A DNA stretch of 64,000 nucleotides from positions 1 through 64,000 of IMG/VR virus record IMGVR_UViG_3300037041_000399. One strand, written 5' to 3'. Every line of letters begins with the position of its first letter. Within the stretch, counting starts at the first letter, position 1. Both the position numbers and the translations under genes were made by a program. Source of the stretch: a virus. The notes below the pieces were generated by a model. That model was not told where the DNA came from, ran no database searches, and saw nothing but the letters and a program-made list of their open reading frames with translations. Shown here in pieces: positions 19,101-27,509 of the stretch.

Positions 19101-21511
19101 GTGAAGAACTAGGCAAGTTCTTTAGGTTTGCTATGGAATCAGCTAAGATAGATAATCATTTAAAAGCTGGTGGTACTATGGAAGACTATAAGACAGCCTT
19201 AGCTTTAGAACAAGATGCTTCATCTTCTGGTGCTCAAATTATTGCATTAACAACAAAGAACAAACAGTTAGCTGAATTATCTAATGTTGTACCTACAAAT
19301 CAAAAACGTAGATTGTACGATGAGATTGCTGCTGCCACTTATAATGATCCTCGTTTTAAAGTATTAAACGAGAAGTTGGGGTTAAATGAAAAAGATTTAC
19401 GGAAGGCGGCTAAAGCTCAGAACATGGTTACTTTTTATGGTGCAGGTGAACGAACTGGCATCCTTAATGTGGAAGGCAAGCTCGCAAAGATTTTGGAAAA
19501 GGCACCTGCAAAGCCTATAGAGGTTAAGGTAACAGAGGGTTTGTTATCTGAAAGACAAGACTCAGCTGGTTTACTACGTGTATTAGGTGTTGAAAACAAA
19601 ACAGATCCAAATTATGTAGGGACTCCCGAAGAGATTATTAAAGCTCAAGGTGATCTAATTGCTAAAGCTATGAAAGGTAAGTTATCTCCTGCAGAATTAA
19701 AAGATACATTTAAATGGTTACATACTGCTGATATTGAATTGACAGATGCTCGTAGAGAAAGAGCTACATATAAAACATTTGATCATAAGACTGGTGAAAA
19801 ATTCTCTAAAGAAAAGATAGCTGAAAATAAGGCTAAATTTGAACAGCGCTCAAAAGGCGATACTAAGAAATATATTGCTATGCAAGTTGTAGAAGAACTC
19901 GGTGAGTTTTTGGATGAGCATTTAAAATCTTTAAATGTCCCTTCCAATTCAAGAGCTTTTAAATTACTAGAAGCTCAAAAGCGTATCTTAAAGTCAAATA
20001 GATTTGGTGAAGACACTATTATTAAAGATGAAGCTAGTGTTTATAATTTAAAGACAAATAAACAAGCTGCTGAAATGGCTTTAGAAGATGCAGAATTTAC
20101 CGTTGCTACAGCTGATACTGAAAAGACTATAGCAGATCTTAACTTAGCATTACAAGAAGAATTAGTCAATGTAACTAAAAAGCCTGAATCTTTTGCATCT
20201 ACTTTAGTTGTTAAAGCATCTGATCGTGATAAGGTACTTAATGAAATATCTGCAAGAGCAGCGAGATACGAAAGGTTTGACCCTGAAACAGCTAATGAGC
20301 TTAAAGAACTCAGAGCGAATGTACGAGATATCTTTAATAAAGGTCAGGATCCTGGCGACGATATTATGGAAGCGCTCTACTTCCTCGATCCAGAGACTAA
20401 ACAGTTAGTTGAAAAGATGTCTCATCAATATGGCAGAGTCGTAACACCTGCTGACTTCCAAGCTATTGCTAAAATTATGTCTGAACAGTTAAGTGAGCAA
20501 GTACCTATCTTAAAAGACTTTACTAAGTTCTTTGGTAGACTTGCTGAAGACTTTTTAATTAACTCTAAGCCTTCTAAATCTGCATTTGATTGGAAAGATA
20601 TTGGTGCTACTGGTATTCTAGGCACACGTAAGAGAGGTTATGTACTACCTGATCGTGTGAGTGAAATACTAGGGTTAAAAGCTGGTGAGCCTCTGTCTGA
20701 AAAGTTTTTGAGCAGATTTAACGGATGGAAACCAGACGGACCTTTATCGGACTTACTATTTGGTGTTAAAGCACCAGATAATAGACGTACAGGTTTTAAA
20801 GTCTTTAAATTAGAACCTATTGAAAAAGCAACTATATCAAAAGGTTTTGAAATATTCTATGCAAATAAACTTCCTACGTCATGGACTAATGTGCCTTGGG
20901 TTAATTTTGACGGTAAAATTATCGAACAAAATTTCACTCAGACATTTGAGGAGCGTCTAGCTTATAAGGATAAAGACGGGAATTGGGTTAACAATATACT
21001 ACAAATACCTCAAAAGACAGAAGCTACATGGTGGGAACAAGTCGTAAACGCAGATGGGAAAATTAATGATATCGCAGACGCAGGAAAAGCAAGAACAGCT
21101 TTTGCCGTTAACGGGAACCATTCCAACGACGCCACATTGGTCAAGAATTTCCATTTGTGGGGAAAGGAAAATGATATTGCCACAAGTACAATCCACGATG
21201 CCTTCTTTGCAAACGCAGCAGATATGCTCAATGCAAGAGCAGGGATTAGAAAGTTGTATGCACGAACTCTTGATGCGTCACCCGTCTTATCTACTCTGAA
21301 TGAGATGAAAGCTCGCGGGTTGCCTAAAGAACTATATGATCAGTACTTACAAGAAGCTATTGACAAGGGATTAATACCTGTAGAAGGGGTGTCCGTTGTT
21401 GGCGGCAAAGTACTAAAGAAATCCGATATTCTCACCAAAGAGAATATTATGTCAGATATACCTGATCCTACTAAATTTGAGGATGATTGGGGTTTTTATG
21501 GCATAGGCTGA
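16196..21511 (+). CDS. MuF (SPP1 gp7-like) minor head protein fused to a T7-family single-subunit RNA polymerase
   Basis: N-terminal MuF motifs WQYVSVLDARTTPIC and PPAHWHCRS; C-terminal RNAP motifs DHRARIY (18782), QDASSSG (motif A, 19214), RKAAKAQNMVTFYG (motif B, 19400), NHSNDA, IHDAF (motif C, 21191). Confidence 0.88.
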   Translation: MAVNANTQIYDKTLDRAAMTRLYERRVSGKVDLIIDGHVLRLDKLIKAFESMNPFRKELDRELTKTYKNVNNTVHKDLLSLTTDQLSFAYQKVEVAMGNIWRTERPKQRVAEEIALANPLHKNQTMEQGWSGIANNEKIRLEAVIRKGIADGKTMDQIALEVRTGNVHKITRTQAKGLVITAVTSVCSQADHAIYKANGKALQGWQYVSVLDARTTPICAGRDGHIYDISDTVHLPPAHWHCRSTTTPVFKSWEDMSKLEGVAQVRKRNLAGLTDDQKAFYDGNTPLRESYNDWLLRQPQDIQLRHLGDYKKVSMFNSQQLTLDKFTNDEGNTIGITELRRMTDSTYTLPNDTQKFANAKAKLDAMQLHATTPEAFYQDTKLVNTLRDYYLLQAGELDGTLSLTNYRGSLLHTKKATKSRVLNSLPTEEQTIFNPVTGRYEDVRLYQPNVEVLNNNLRLLRESPVLKQEDKDFIEKFIGSLDEKMGANERAAVADNLRIIFTRFRNNGEQWGNFKAVVQGQIKFDVMNVSDSLETQLRRDTDVLKKLTQDNYIDPILGPTQLQDLHDNFINNIRARNNWEDSVAPKIARELRNVFDYKIPIKLKRMPNGKERLSEADLDQFYLRFAHRLSMADMPDRDQFAVALGRDLYNMSGLNGNRKEWYDLGMSMLEAKNVTKFFEVETFGVQKRRMKSRLSNSLFGPYYDTLSYNIRVTDPRVQEYAQLTRKVEVGLRVGVTSEKNKLLFREGYKTYFIDRGLLGLEDTRIPITSTNSFSDFPEQFVDKNLANALNWASKSKYKIDEDFYDFTKKLLYFEDDRGNAKKYNELNEYKHYISSRGDAYERFKSMDWLRTRGYSFSNHAFVDHRARIYDRGLISPQSGESFRPFLNTEQSKVLGEAGYRNFRDQIGAFMGGLNDTFEGRYNSLSFTGRQKIADKLWPDMVDIGNKMLRGKPADLRAILESEMVQLVDGEELGKFFRFAMESAKIDNHLKAGGTMEDYKTALALEQDASSSGAQIIALTTKNKQLAELSNVVPTNQKRRLYDEIAAATYNDPRFKVLNEKLGLNEKDLRKAAKAQNMVTFYGAGERTGILNVEGKLAKILEKAPAKPIEVKVTEGLLSERQDSAGLLRVLGVENKTDPNYVGTPEEIIKAQGDLIAKAMKGKLSPAELKDTFKWLHTADIELTDARRERATYKTFDHKTGEKFSKEKIAENKAKFEQRSKGDTKKYIAMQVVEELGEFLDEHLKSLNVPSNSRAFKLLEAQKRILKSNRFGEDTIIKDEASVYNLKTNKQAAEMALEDAEFTVATADTEKTIADLNLALQEELVNVTKKPESFASTLVVKASDRDKVLNEISARAARYERFDPETANELKELRANVRDIFNKGQDPGDDIMEALYFLDPETKQLVEKMSHQYGRVVTPADFQAIAKIMSEQLSEQVPILKDFTKFFGRLAEDFLINSKPSKSAFDWKDIGATGILGTRKRGYVLPDRVSEILGLKAGEPLSEKFLSRFNGWKPDGPLSDLLFGVKAPDNRRTGFKVFKLEPIEKATISKGFEIFYANKLPTSWTNVPWVNFDGKIIEQNFTQTFEERLAYKDKDGNWVNNILQIPQKTEATWWEQVVNADGKINDIADAGKARTAFAVNGNHSNDATLVKNFHLWGKENDIATSTIHDAFFANAADMLNARAGIRKLYARTLDASPVLSTLNEMKARGLPKELYDQYLQEAIDKGLIPVEGVSVVGGKVLKKSDILTKENIMSDIPDPTKFEDDWGFYGIG

Positions 21512-21560
21512 AAAGCTATAGCTATTAACATTCTTTAAACTATACCGAAAGGACTTAAAA

Positions 21561-22025
21561 ATGGAAATTACACAAGACTTCTTGAAAAAGAATTATCATT
21601 ATGGAGATGGATTTTTATATTCTATTACTACAGGAAATTTAGTGGGTCATTTCAATGGGAGTGGGAGAGTTCAAATTACAATAAGACTAAATGGCAAAAA
21701 GAAACAATTTTATGCTCACCGTCTTATTTTCCTCTATCATAATGGGTATTTACCAGAAATTGTAGATCATATTGATAGAGATCCTGCTAATAATAGAATA
21801 GAAAATTTAAGAGCGGCAACACCAACAGAAAGCTCTTGTAATAGGATTACACCAAATGCTTCAGGCTATCCTGGTGTAGATAAGTATAATAAAAGATGGC
21901 GTGCAAAAATTAGATATCAAAATAAATATATACATATAGGATATTTTGATACACCTGAAGAAGCTTATAAAGCTTATAATACAACACGTCTAGAATTACA
22001 TGGCGAATTTGCGCCACAAGGGTAA
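21561..22025 (+). CDS. HNH homing endonuclease with C-terminal AP2 domain
   Basis: YAHRLIF..VDHIDRDPANNRIENLR (HNH), then GYPGV..RWRAKI..IHIGYFDTPEEA (AP2). Confidence 0.9.
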   Translation: MEITQDFLKKNYHYGDGFLYSITTGNLVGHFNGSGRVQITIRLNGKKKQFYAHRLIFLYHNGYLPEIVDHIDRDPANNRIENLRAATPTESSCNRITPNASGYPGVDKYNKRWRAKIRYQNKYIHIGYFDTPEEAYKAYNTTRLELHGEFAPQG

Positions 22026-22028
22026 ACT

Positions 22029-22163
22029 ATGAATACTGAAATTAAAAGATGTAATTGTAAACACGAAGCGCAAGATAAACTCCACGGCAATGGGATGCGA
22101 GTTATGAATGCAACTCAAAAGAAAGACTTCCGTTGCACTGTATGTGGAGCAACACATAAGTAA
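22029..22163 (+). CDS. 44-aa putative zinc-binding protein (not in ORF track)
   Basis: MNTEIKRCNCKHEAQDKLHGNGMRVMNATQKKDFRCTVCGATHK; CxC..H and CxxC. Confidence 0.55.
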   Translation: MNTEIKRCNCKHEAQDKLHGNGMRVMNATQKKDFRCTVCGATHK

Positions 22164-22180
22164 CTATTTGGTTGGGAGAC

Positions 22181-22196
22181 CCCGTTAAATTAACCC
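22181..22196 (+). promoter_or_regulatory. Class I motif, copy 3
   Basis: Exact CCCGTTAAATTAACCC upstream of scaffold/capsid; flanked by the inverted repeat GGGAGAC/GTCTCCC. Confidence 0.75.
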
Positions 22197-22265
22197 TCAG
22201 CCGTCTCCCCCTATATTATAATTAATTATAATGATATATAATATAATATATATCTCTTATATAAC

Positions 22266-22281
22266 CCCGTTAAATTAACCC
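22266..22281 (+). promoter_or_regulatory. Class I motif, copy 4
   Basis: Exact 16-mer, 85 bp after copy 3 across an AT-rich spacer. Confidence 0.75.
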
Positions 22282-22363
22282 TAAATATAGAAATTTAGAG
22301 ATTCCATCATTATAGATTGTATCTGTAATATATAAACGAGTTGTACTCAAAGGAAATAAACAA

Positions 22364-23011
22364 ATGTCTACCGAAACTGATGAAACAAAAACACAAGAAA
22401 CTAATACTCCTGCTCCGGATAGTACTACTACCACTCCTCCTGTGGATGACGTGGACAGCAAAATCCAAGAAGCACTTAAGCCTATCAAATCGAAACTCGA
22501 TAACGCGTATAAAGAGCGTGACGAAGCTTTAAGAAAAGCAGCAGAGTATGAACAGAAAGAAAAAGAAGCTAATATAGCACGTCTACAAGAAGAAGGAAAA
22601 CACAAAGAAGCTTATGAACTTCAGTTGGCAGAAGCTAATGCAAAATTAGAGGCTGTAACAAAGCGTAACATAGAGCTTGCTCGTGATGCAGAAATTAAAT
22701 CTGTATTAGCAAGTTATACGCTTAGAAATGATAAAGCTCGAGATATGGCCTATATGGATATAGCTAGCCAACTTGTACAAAATGAACAAGGTGTCTGGAT
22801 TCACAAGAGTGGTGCTGATCTTAGAACGTTTGTAAAACAATTTTCTGAAAACGACGATAATTCTTTCTTGTTTAAACAAAAAGCATCATCAGGTGCAGGT
22901 AGCACTTCATCTAGTACTACGCCTTCTACTGACACAAAACCGAAATCAATATTTCACATGTCTCAGGAAGAGGTACTAAAACTTGCGGCGGAAGGAAAAC
23001 TACGCCAATAA
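22364..23011 (+). CDS. Capsid scaffolding protein
   Basis: Acidic, charged coiled-coil with a low-complexity linker; directly upstream of the capsid gene. Confidence 0.75.
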   Translation: MSTETDETKTQETNTPAPDSTTTTPPVDDVDSKIQEALKPIKSKLDNAYKERDEALRKAAEYEQKEKEANIARLQEEGKHKEAYELQLAEANAKLEAVTKRNIELARDAEIKSVLASYTLRNDKARDMAYMDIASQLVQNEQGVWIHKSGADLRTFVKQFSENDDNSFLFKQKASSGAGSTSSSTTPSTDTKPKSIFHMSQEEVLKLAAEGKLRQ

Positions 23012-23030
23012 ACTACTAAGGAATTAAAAA

Positions 23031-24251
23031 ATGGCTGCAACAAGCGTTAACTATACCAGCGGAACATCTGGTAATAATAACAATTATGTATTACAAGAAG
23101 CTATTGGTGCTTATAGCGATGAAGCTTACACCACTGCTCGTAAACTTTCTGGTACTGGAATCACATCTAGCAACCCACAAATTGATACTAACACAGAAAC
23201 CTTTATTGGTCAAATGCGTTGGTTAAAACCTTTAAATCCAACTATCAATATTGCGTCTTTAACAGATGCTACTGATGGTGCTAAAACTAACTATCAATCA
23301 GAATTTAGTACTTACATTAAAACTGTTCGTACTCATGGTGCTGAAAAAGTCAACATGACTGAAGTAGTTACACGTCAAGATGGTTTAGCTAAAATTGGTC
23401 GTGACTTTGGCGAAACTCGTGCGCAAGACGAACACAATGCAATTCTTTCTGTATTGAAAGGTGTTGCTATTTCTGAAGCACTATTAGGCACTGGCACAGG
23501 CGGCTTAGGCGGCCAAACTTTCACTAATGATCCTACAAGCATGAACAACGGTTTCTACGTTGATTTAGGCTCTACAGGTAAAATTGTTAGTGCTAATGGT
23601 GTATCACCTGCTGGTGTTGCTAACTATGCATACCAAGGTGCATCACGTGCAGAAAGCCTTTTAAATGCGTTCGGTCAAGCTTTCAAAGACTACGAACCAG
23701 AATGGGCATACTTAGCTGTGTCTCCTGAAGTATTAGCGTCTTTCCGTTCAGCTAATTTCGTTGATGAAATTACTATTACCGAAGGCAACATGAACTTCCA
23801 AACAATCTTCAATGGTAAATTCCGTTTGATTGTTACACGTGCTAACCAATCTTTAAGCACTGATGAATTGACTGCCCTTAACTTAGGTGCTGGTGTTGAC
23901 ATTACAGGTACTAAAACCTCATTTATTATCTTACCTGGTGCTATTGCAATGGAATCATTAGCAGTGCCTGATTCTACTGAAGTATACCGTGATGCTAACA
24001 AATACAAAGGTGGTGGTGTTACTTCTGTCTGGTCACGTTGGGGCTATGTATTAGCACCTGCTGGTTATGACTGGAATGGTGATGTAACTAAATTCCCAAG
24101 TGATTCTGATTACTCTCAATTCCGTGCTGCTGGCGCAACTGTTGCTGCTACTGGTGTTAATGCAGGTAACCGTGCAAGTGTACAAGGTGCTTGGAAACGT
24201 AAAGCGTCTTCTGCATTGTCTTTAGGTATCTTGCCTGTATTCCATTCTTAA
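23031..24251 (+). CDS. Major capsid protein
   Basis: 406 aa after the scaffold, TAAGGA RBS, strongly biased codon usage, followed by head-tail genes. Confidence 0.8.
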   Translation: MAATSVNYTSGTSGNNNNYVLQEAIGAYSDEAYTTARKLSGTGITSSNPQIDTNTETFIGQMRWLKPLNPTINIASLTDATDGAKTNYQSEFSTYIKTVRTHGAEKVNMTEVVTRQDGLAKIGRDFGETRAQDEHNAILSVLKGVAISEALLGTGTGGLGGQTFTNDPTSMNNGFYVDLGSTGKIVSANGVSPAGVANYAYQGASRAESLLNAFGQAFKDYEPEWAYLAVSPEVLASFRSANFVDEITITEGNMNFQTIFNGKFRLIVTRANQSLSTDELTALNLGAGVDITGTKTSFIILPGAIAMESLAVPDSTEVYRDANKYKGGGVTSVWSRWGYVLAPAGYDWNGDVTKFPSDSDYSQFRAAGATVAATGVNAGNRASVQGAWKRKASSALSLGILPVFHS

Positions 24252-24261
24252 GGAGTAGGTT

Positions 24262-24738
24262 ATGGCACTCGTTAAAGGTGTTAATTCTTATGCTAATTTG
24301 ACAGAGGCCGATACTTATTTTGAAAACAAGTTAGACGTGGCTGCTTGGCTTGATGCTGCTGATACTCAAAAAGAGCAAGCATTATGTACAGCCACAGCTA
24401 TTCTCGATGAATTGGTATGGATCGGAGTCATTTATGACCCTTCTCAAAGTTTGGCATTCCCTCGAAAAGATGCAGAATACTTCGATCCTAAACAAGGTAC
24501 TATGGTAGAGTTATCTGGTATTCCATTGAGAATAACAATCGCTACCTATGAACTTGCATATCATCTTTTAAACAATGATGGTCTATTTGATGACACAGGC
24601 ATGGTAAAGAATCTTAATTTAGGTGATATTAGTTTACAGACAGTGATGCCTGCTAACAAAATACCACGTATTGTAAGAAGCTATATCAACCCATTACTAA
24701 CTAATAGTGGTGCAAGAACATGGTGGAGGGCTAACTAA
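24262..24738 (+). CDS. Head-tail adaptor
   Basis: NSYANLTEADTYF..KEQAL..A...D..W.G...Q.LAFPR pattern; follows the capsid gene. Confidence 0.75.
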   Translation: MALVKGVNSYANLTEADTYFENKLDVAAWLDAADTQKEQALCTATAILDELVWIGVIYDPSQSLAFPRKDAEYFDPKQGTMVELSGIPLRITIATYELAYHLLNNDGLFDDTGMVKNLNLGDISLQTVMPANKIPRIVRSYINPLLTNSGARTWWRAN

Positions 24739-25079
24739 TGGCCTACAAAGGACTTATTGGAAACCAGTTGACATTGGCATTTAACATGGCTAAAGATTTA
24801 GCTGTGTCAATGACGTTCATGAGTGCCACAAAAGAATTTGATTTTAGCACTGGTGCTGTAGACACTACTGCCTCAAGCAGTGTCATTGTAAAAGCTATTC
24901 CCGTGAAAACAAGAAAGACAAAAGACTCTGAATCCTTACAAATCTTAATTAAGAACAAGGATGTCGGTGACGTGTCTCTCTTTTCTACTGTTGTGAATGA
25001 CGGCGTGGAATGGACTATTAGTGCTACGATCATCTCAAATACATACACGAGTATATTAGAACTTACGAGGTCATTATAA
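24738..25079 (+). CDS. Head closure/head-tail joining protein
   Basis: Position and size (113 aa, beta-rich). Confidence 0.55.
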   Translation: MAYKGLIGNQLTLAFNMAKDLAVSMTFMSATKEFDFSTGAVDTTASSSVIVKAIPVKTRKTKDSESLQILIKNKDVGDVSLFSTVVNDGVEWTISATIISNTYTSILELTRSL

Positions 25080-25483
25080 TGGGAAAATTCGTAGGTGTTG
25101 AGAAAGATATATTTAGTGTATTTGCTACCCCTGCGTGGGTGGCAGAGAGTATAAAGACATTCCCATCGAACTATATAACTGTGAATAGTGGCAAGGAATT
25201 TATCCGAGTCTCTGTGATACCTAGTGGTTACGGCATAAACCGTACTTCTACTAGCGGTATCCTCATGATTGATATTTTTATACCTGCCGGAGGAGGCACA
25301 AGACGTGCTTTCGAGATTGCAGACACATTAGATTCCTATTTAGTGAATAAGGCTATCAGTCATTTAACCGATAATGCTCAAACCCAATTTGGGTTCAGTT
25401 CGATTAGTCCTAATGGGATCGACAAGGACAATCCCTCACTATATAGAGTCACTTACTCTATCACGTTTAACTACTTTTGTTAA
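25079..25483 (+). CDS. Tail terminator-like protein
   Basis: GILMIDIFIPAGGGT..A..IAD.L pattern; directly before the tail tube genes. Confidence 0.65.
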   Translation: MGKFVGVEKDIFSVFATPAWVAESIKTFPSNYITVNSGKEFIRVSVIPSGYGINRTSTSGILMIDIFIPAGGGTRRAFEIADTLDSYLVNKAISHLTDNAQTQFGFSSISPNGIDKDNPSLYRVTYSITFNYFC

Positions 25484-25492
25484 GGAATAAAA

Positions 25493-26050
25493 ATGGCGGC
25501 TAATCATATTAGTTCTATTAGTAGTGCAATGTATACAAACCTTTGCATTACAACAGCTACAAAATCAGCTTCAGCATTACCTACTGGTGACGGTGTAGCA
25601 ACACCTTTTGCCGTATATACTGCAGGCTCACCTGAGTTTACAGAAATTCGTAATATTAAAGAATTTCCTGCTATTGGTACACCAGCTAATATTGTCAAAG
25701 TGCCTGAATACGGTTCAGAAACTTCTTTCCAAATTCAAGGTCAAGCTGATGCTCCGCAAATGGAGATTACACTTAACTATGTACCTTCAGAATGGGCAGA
25801 AAATAAATTGCTTAATGGTGGCGGTATTAAAGTTGGCGATAAGAAAATCTATATGTTTAGGTTTGCTTTATTGTCTAAAGCAGCTAACAACACTCTTATC
25901 GATGGTTTTGGCGGTACTGCAAACTCTTGCTATTATTTCTTAGGCAAATTGGAAGCCTTAGAAGTAACTCCAAGCTTAACAGACGCAATGACTGCTAAAT
26001 TGACTATTTCTGTACAATCGTCAATCGTTGGCGCGTACTCAGTTGCTTAA
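25493..26050 (+). CDS. Tail tube protein, paralog 1
   Basis: IKEFPAIGTPANIVKVP.YG...QIQGQADAP.MEITLNYVP; YYFLGKLEALEVTPSLTDA. Confidence 0.75.
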   Translation: MAANHISSISSAMYTNLCITTATKSASALPTGDGVATPFAVYTAGSPEFTEIRNIKEFPAIGTPANIVKVPEYGSETSFQIQGQADAPQMEITLNYVPSEWAENKLLNGGGIKVGDKKIYMFRFALLSKAANNTLIDGFGGTANSCYYFLGKLEALEVTPSLTDAMTAKLTISVQSSIVGAYSVA

Positions 26051-26062
26051 GGAGATCAACTA

Positions 26063-26854
26063 ATGGCACATATTAAATCTTTGGGTGCTGCACGTTATGC
26101 AGACCTTTCTGTATCTTTGTTAGCAACCGGTACTGCAGCTGAATATACCAATGCCAATGGTATTACATTTGCGCACATGGAAACTATCTTAGCTACGATT
26201 AAATCAATTTCTGGTAAAAGTGGATTATCTTCTGCAGCTGGCGACAATACAGCATTAGCTGCTGCAATGTCAGCAGTACCTGTTACTGGTAATGCGGTTG
26301 GCTTGTTTGCAAAAGAAGCAGTAGCTTCTGGAGACACCACTTTAAGTTTAGCTAATACTAAAAACTATATTAGAATTAAACATGTAAAAGAATTCCCTGC
26401 TATTGGTACACCTGCGAATATCGTTAAGGTGCCTAATTATGGTAGAAAAAGTTCTTTGCAAATTCAAGGTCAAGCCGATTCTCCTACAATGGAGTTAACA
26501 CTTAACTATGTACCTTCATTATGGGAAAGTAATACACTCAGCACTGAAGACGCTAGCGGATTACCTGTTACTTCTTTTGCCAAAATTGGTGATGGTCGTG
26601 TTTATCTATTCAGATTTACCTTATTAGATACTAAACCAGATGGCTATAATGCTATTAAAGGTACTATTACTAATGAAGATTCTATTGCTGATGATGGTAA
26701 CTTGACAACTTTAACTGCTGCAGAAAACACAAGCTATTATTTCTTGGGTAAACTTGAAGCTTTAGAAGTAACACCAAGCTTGACTGATGCAATTACAGCT
26801 AAACTAACAATTGCTGTACAATCAGATGTTTACGGTGCTTTCACTGTAGATTAA
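26063..26854 (+). CDS. Tail tube protein, paralog 2 (with insertions)
   Basis: Near-identical blocks to 25493-26050 (KEFPAIGTPANIVKVP; YYFLGKLEALEVTPSLTDA.TAKLTI). Confidence 0.75.
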   Translation: MAHIKSLGAARYADLSVSLLATGTAAEYTNANGITFAHMETILATIKSISGKSGLSSAAGDNTALAAAMSAVPVTGNAVGLFAKEAVASGDTTLSLANTKNYIRIKHVKEFPAIGTPANIVKVPNYGRKSSLQIQGQADSPTMELTLNYVPSLWESNTLSTEDASGLPVTSFAKIGDGRVYLFRFTLLDTKPDGYNAIKGTITNEDSIADDGNLTTLTAAENTSYYFLGKLEALEVTPSLTDAITAKLTIAVQSDVYGAFTVD

Positions 26855-26924
26855 TCTATATTTCCTATATGGAATGCTCAACGGCTGGAGCAATTAAAAC
26901 AAGAAGGCCGTCTTTATATTAAGG

Positions 26925-27146
26925 ATGACTATGGAATTCGATAAACCATTTAGCTTGGAATATGTAATTGGGATTACAGTCAAGCATATGCTGAAAAGCA
27001 TAGATATAAGTATTAATAAAACATTCGAAAGAACTAAAGATGAGTCTCTGTCTCCTGCAAAGAAAACAGAAGCTTTCGAAACTCTCTCAATTTTACATCA
27101 AATGCGAGCACAACTAGATGAGCGCAAAATCAATAAAGGTAAGTAA
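26925..27146 (+). CDS. Hypothetical protein
   Basis: 73-aa ORF in the tail operon. Confidence 0.55.
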   Translation: MTMEFDKPFSLEYVIGITVKHMLKSIDISINKTFERTKDESLSPAKKTEAFETLSILHQMRAQLDERKINKGK

Positions 27147-27147
27147 C

Positions 27148-27465
27148 ATGTCAGAAGCAAAAGGTATTAAAGCACTTGTTGGTCAACGTATGACTAAAAC
27201 AGTTAAGTTCTTAGGTGGAGATGTTAAGATCTCTAAGTTAACTGTTGCTGAAGTTTTAGAAATTCAAGCAAAAGCTAAAGACGCAGAAAAAGATGAAAAC
27301 GCAGGTTTAGAATTATTGAAAACTGTTATTCGTTCTGCTGTTGAAGGCGGTTCTGACTTAGATGATAGTGATTTTGATAATTTCCCAATGGATGAATTAT
27401 CACGTCTTTCTAATGAGATTATGAAGTATTCTGGATTAGGCCAAGAAGCGGGAAAGTCTGCTTAA
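27148..27465 (+). CDS. Tail assembly chaperone (lambda gpG-like)
   Basis: Between tail tube and tape measure; ends in G GGA AAG slippery site. Confidence 0.8.
   Translation: MSEAKGIKALVGQRMTKTVKFLGGDVKISKLTVAEVLEIQAKAKDAEKDENAGLELLKTVIRSAVEGGSDLDDSDFDNFPMDELSRLSNEIMKYSGLGQEAGKSA
27450..27456 (+). other. Programmed -1 ribosomal frameshift site GGGAAAG
   Basis: X XXY YYZ in the correct phase; the -1 frame is open from 27450 and in frame with ORF 27510-27800. Confidence 0.85.
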
Positions 27466-27509
27466 ATCCTGAAGAGCTTTCAATCTTTGAATTAGCTTTT
27501 CATCTTAAA

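Noticed and set aside
19490-20215. Intein in the MuF-RNAP
   Set aside because: No C/S-start and HN-C/S/T-end splice motifs and no LAGLIDADG blocks visible
22188-22200. AATTAACCCTCA resembling cloning-vector T3 promoter contamination
   Set aside because: It does not continue as CTAAAGGG, and it is part of a native motif present six times in sensible intergenic positions
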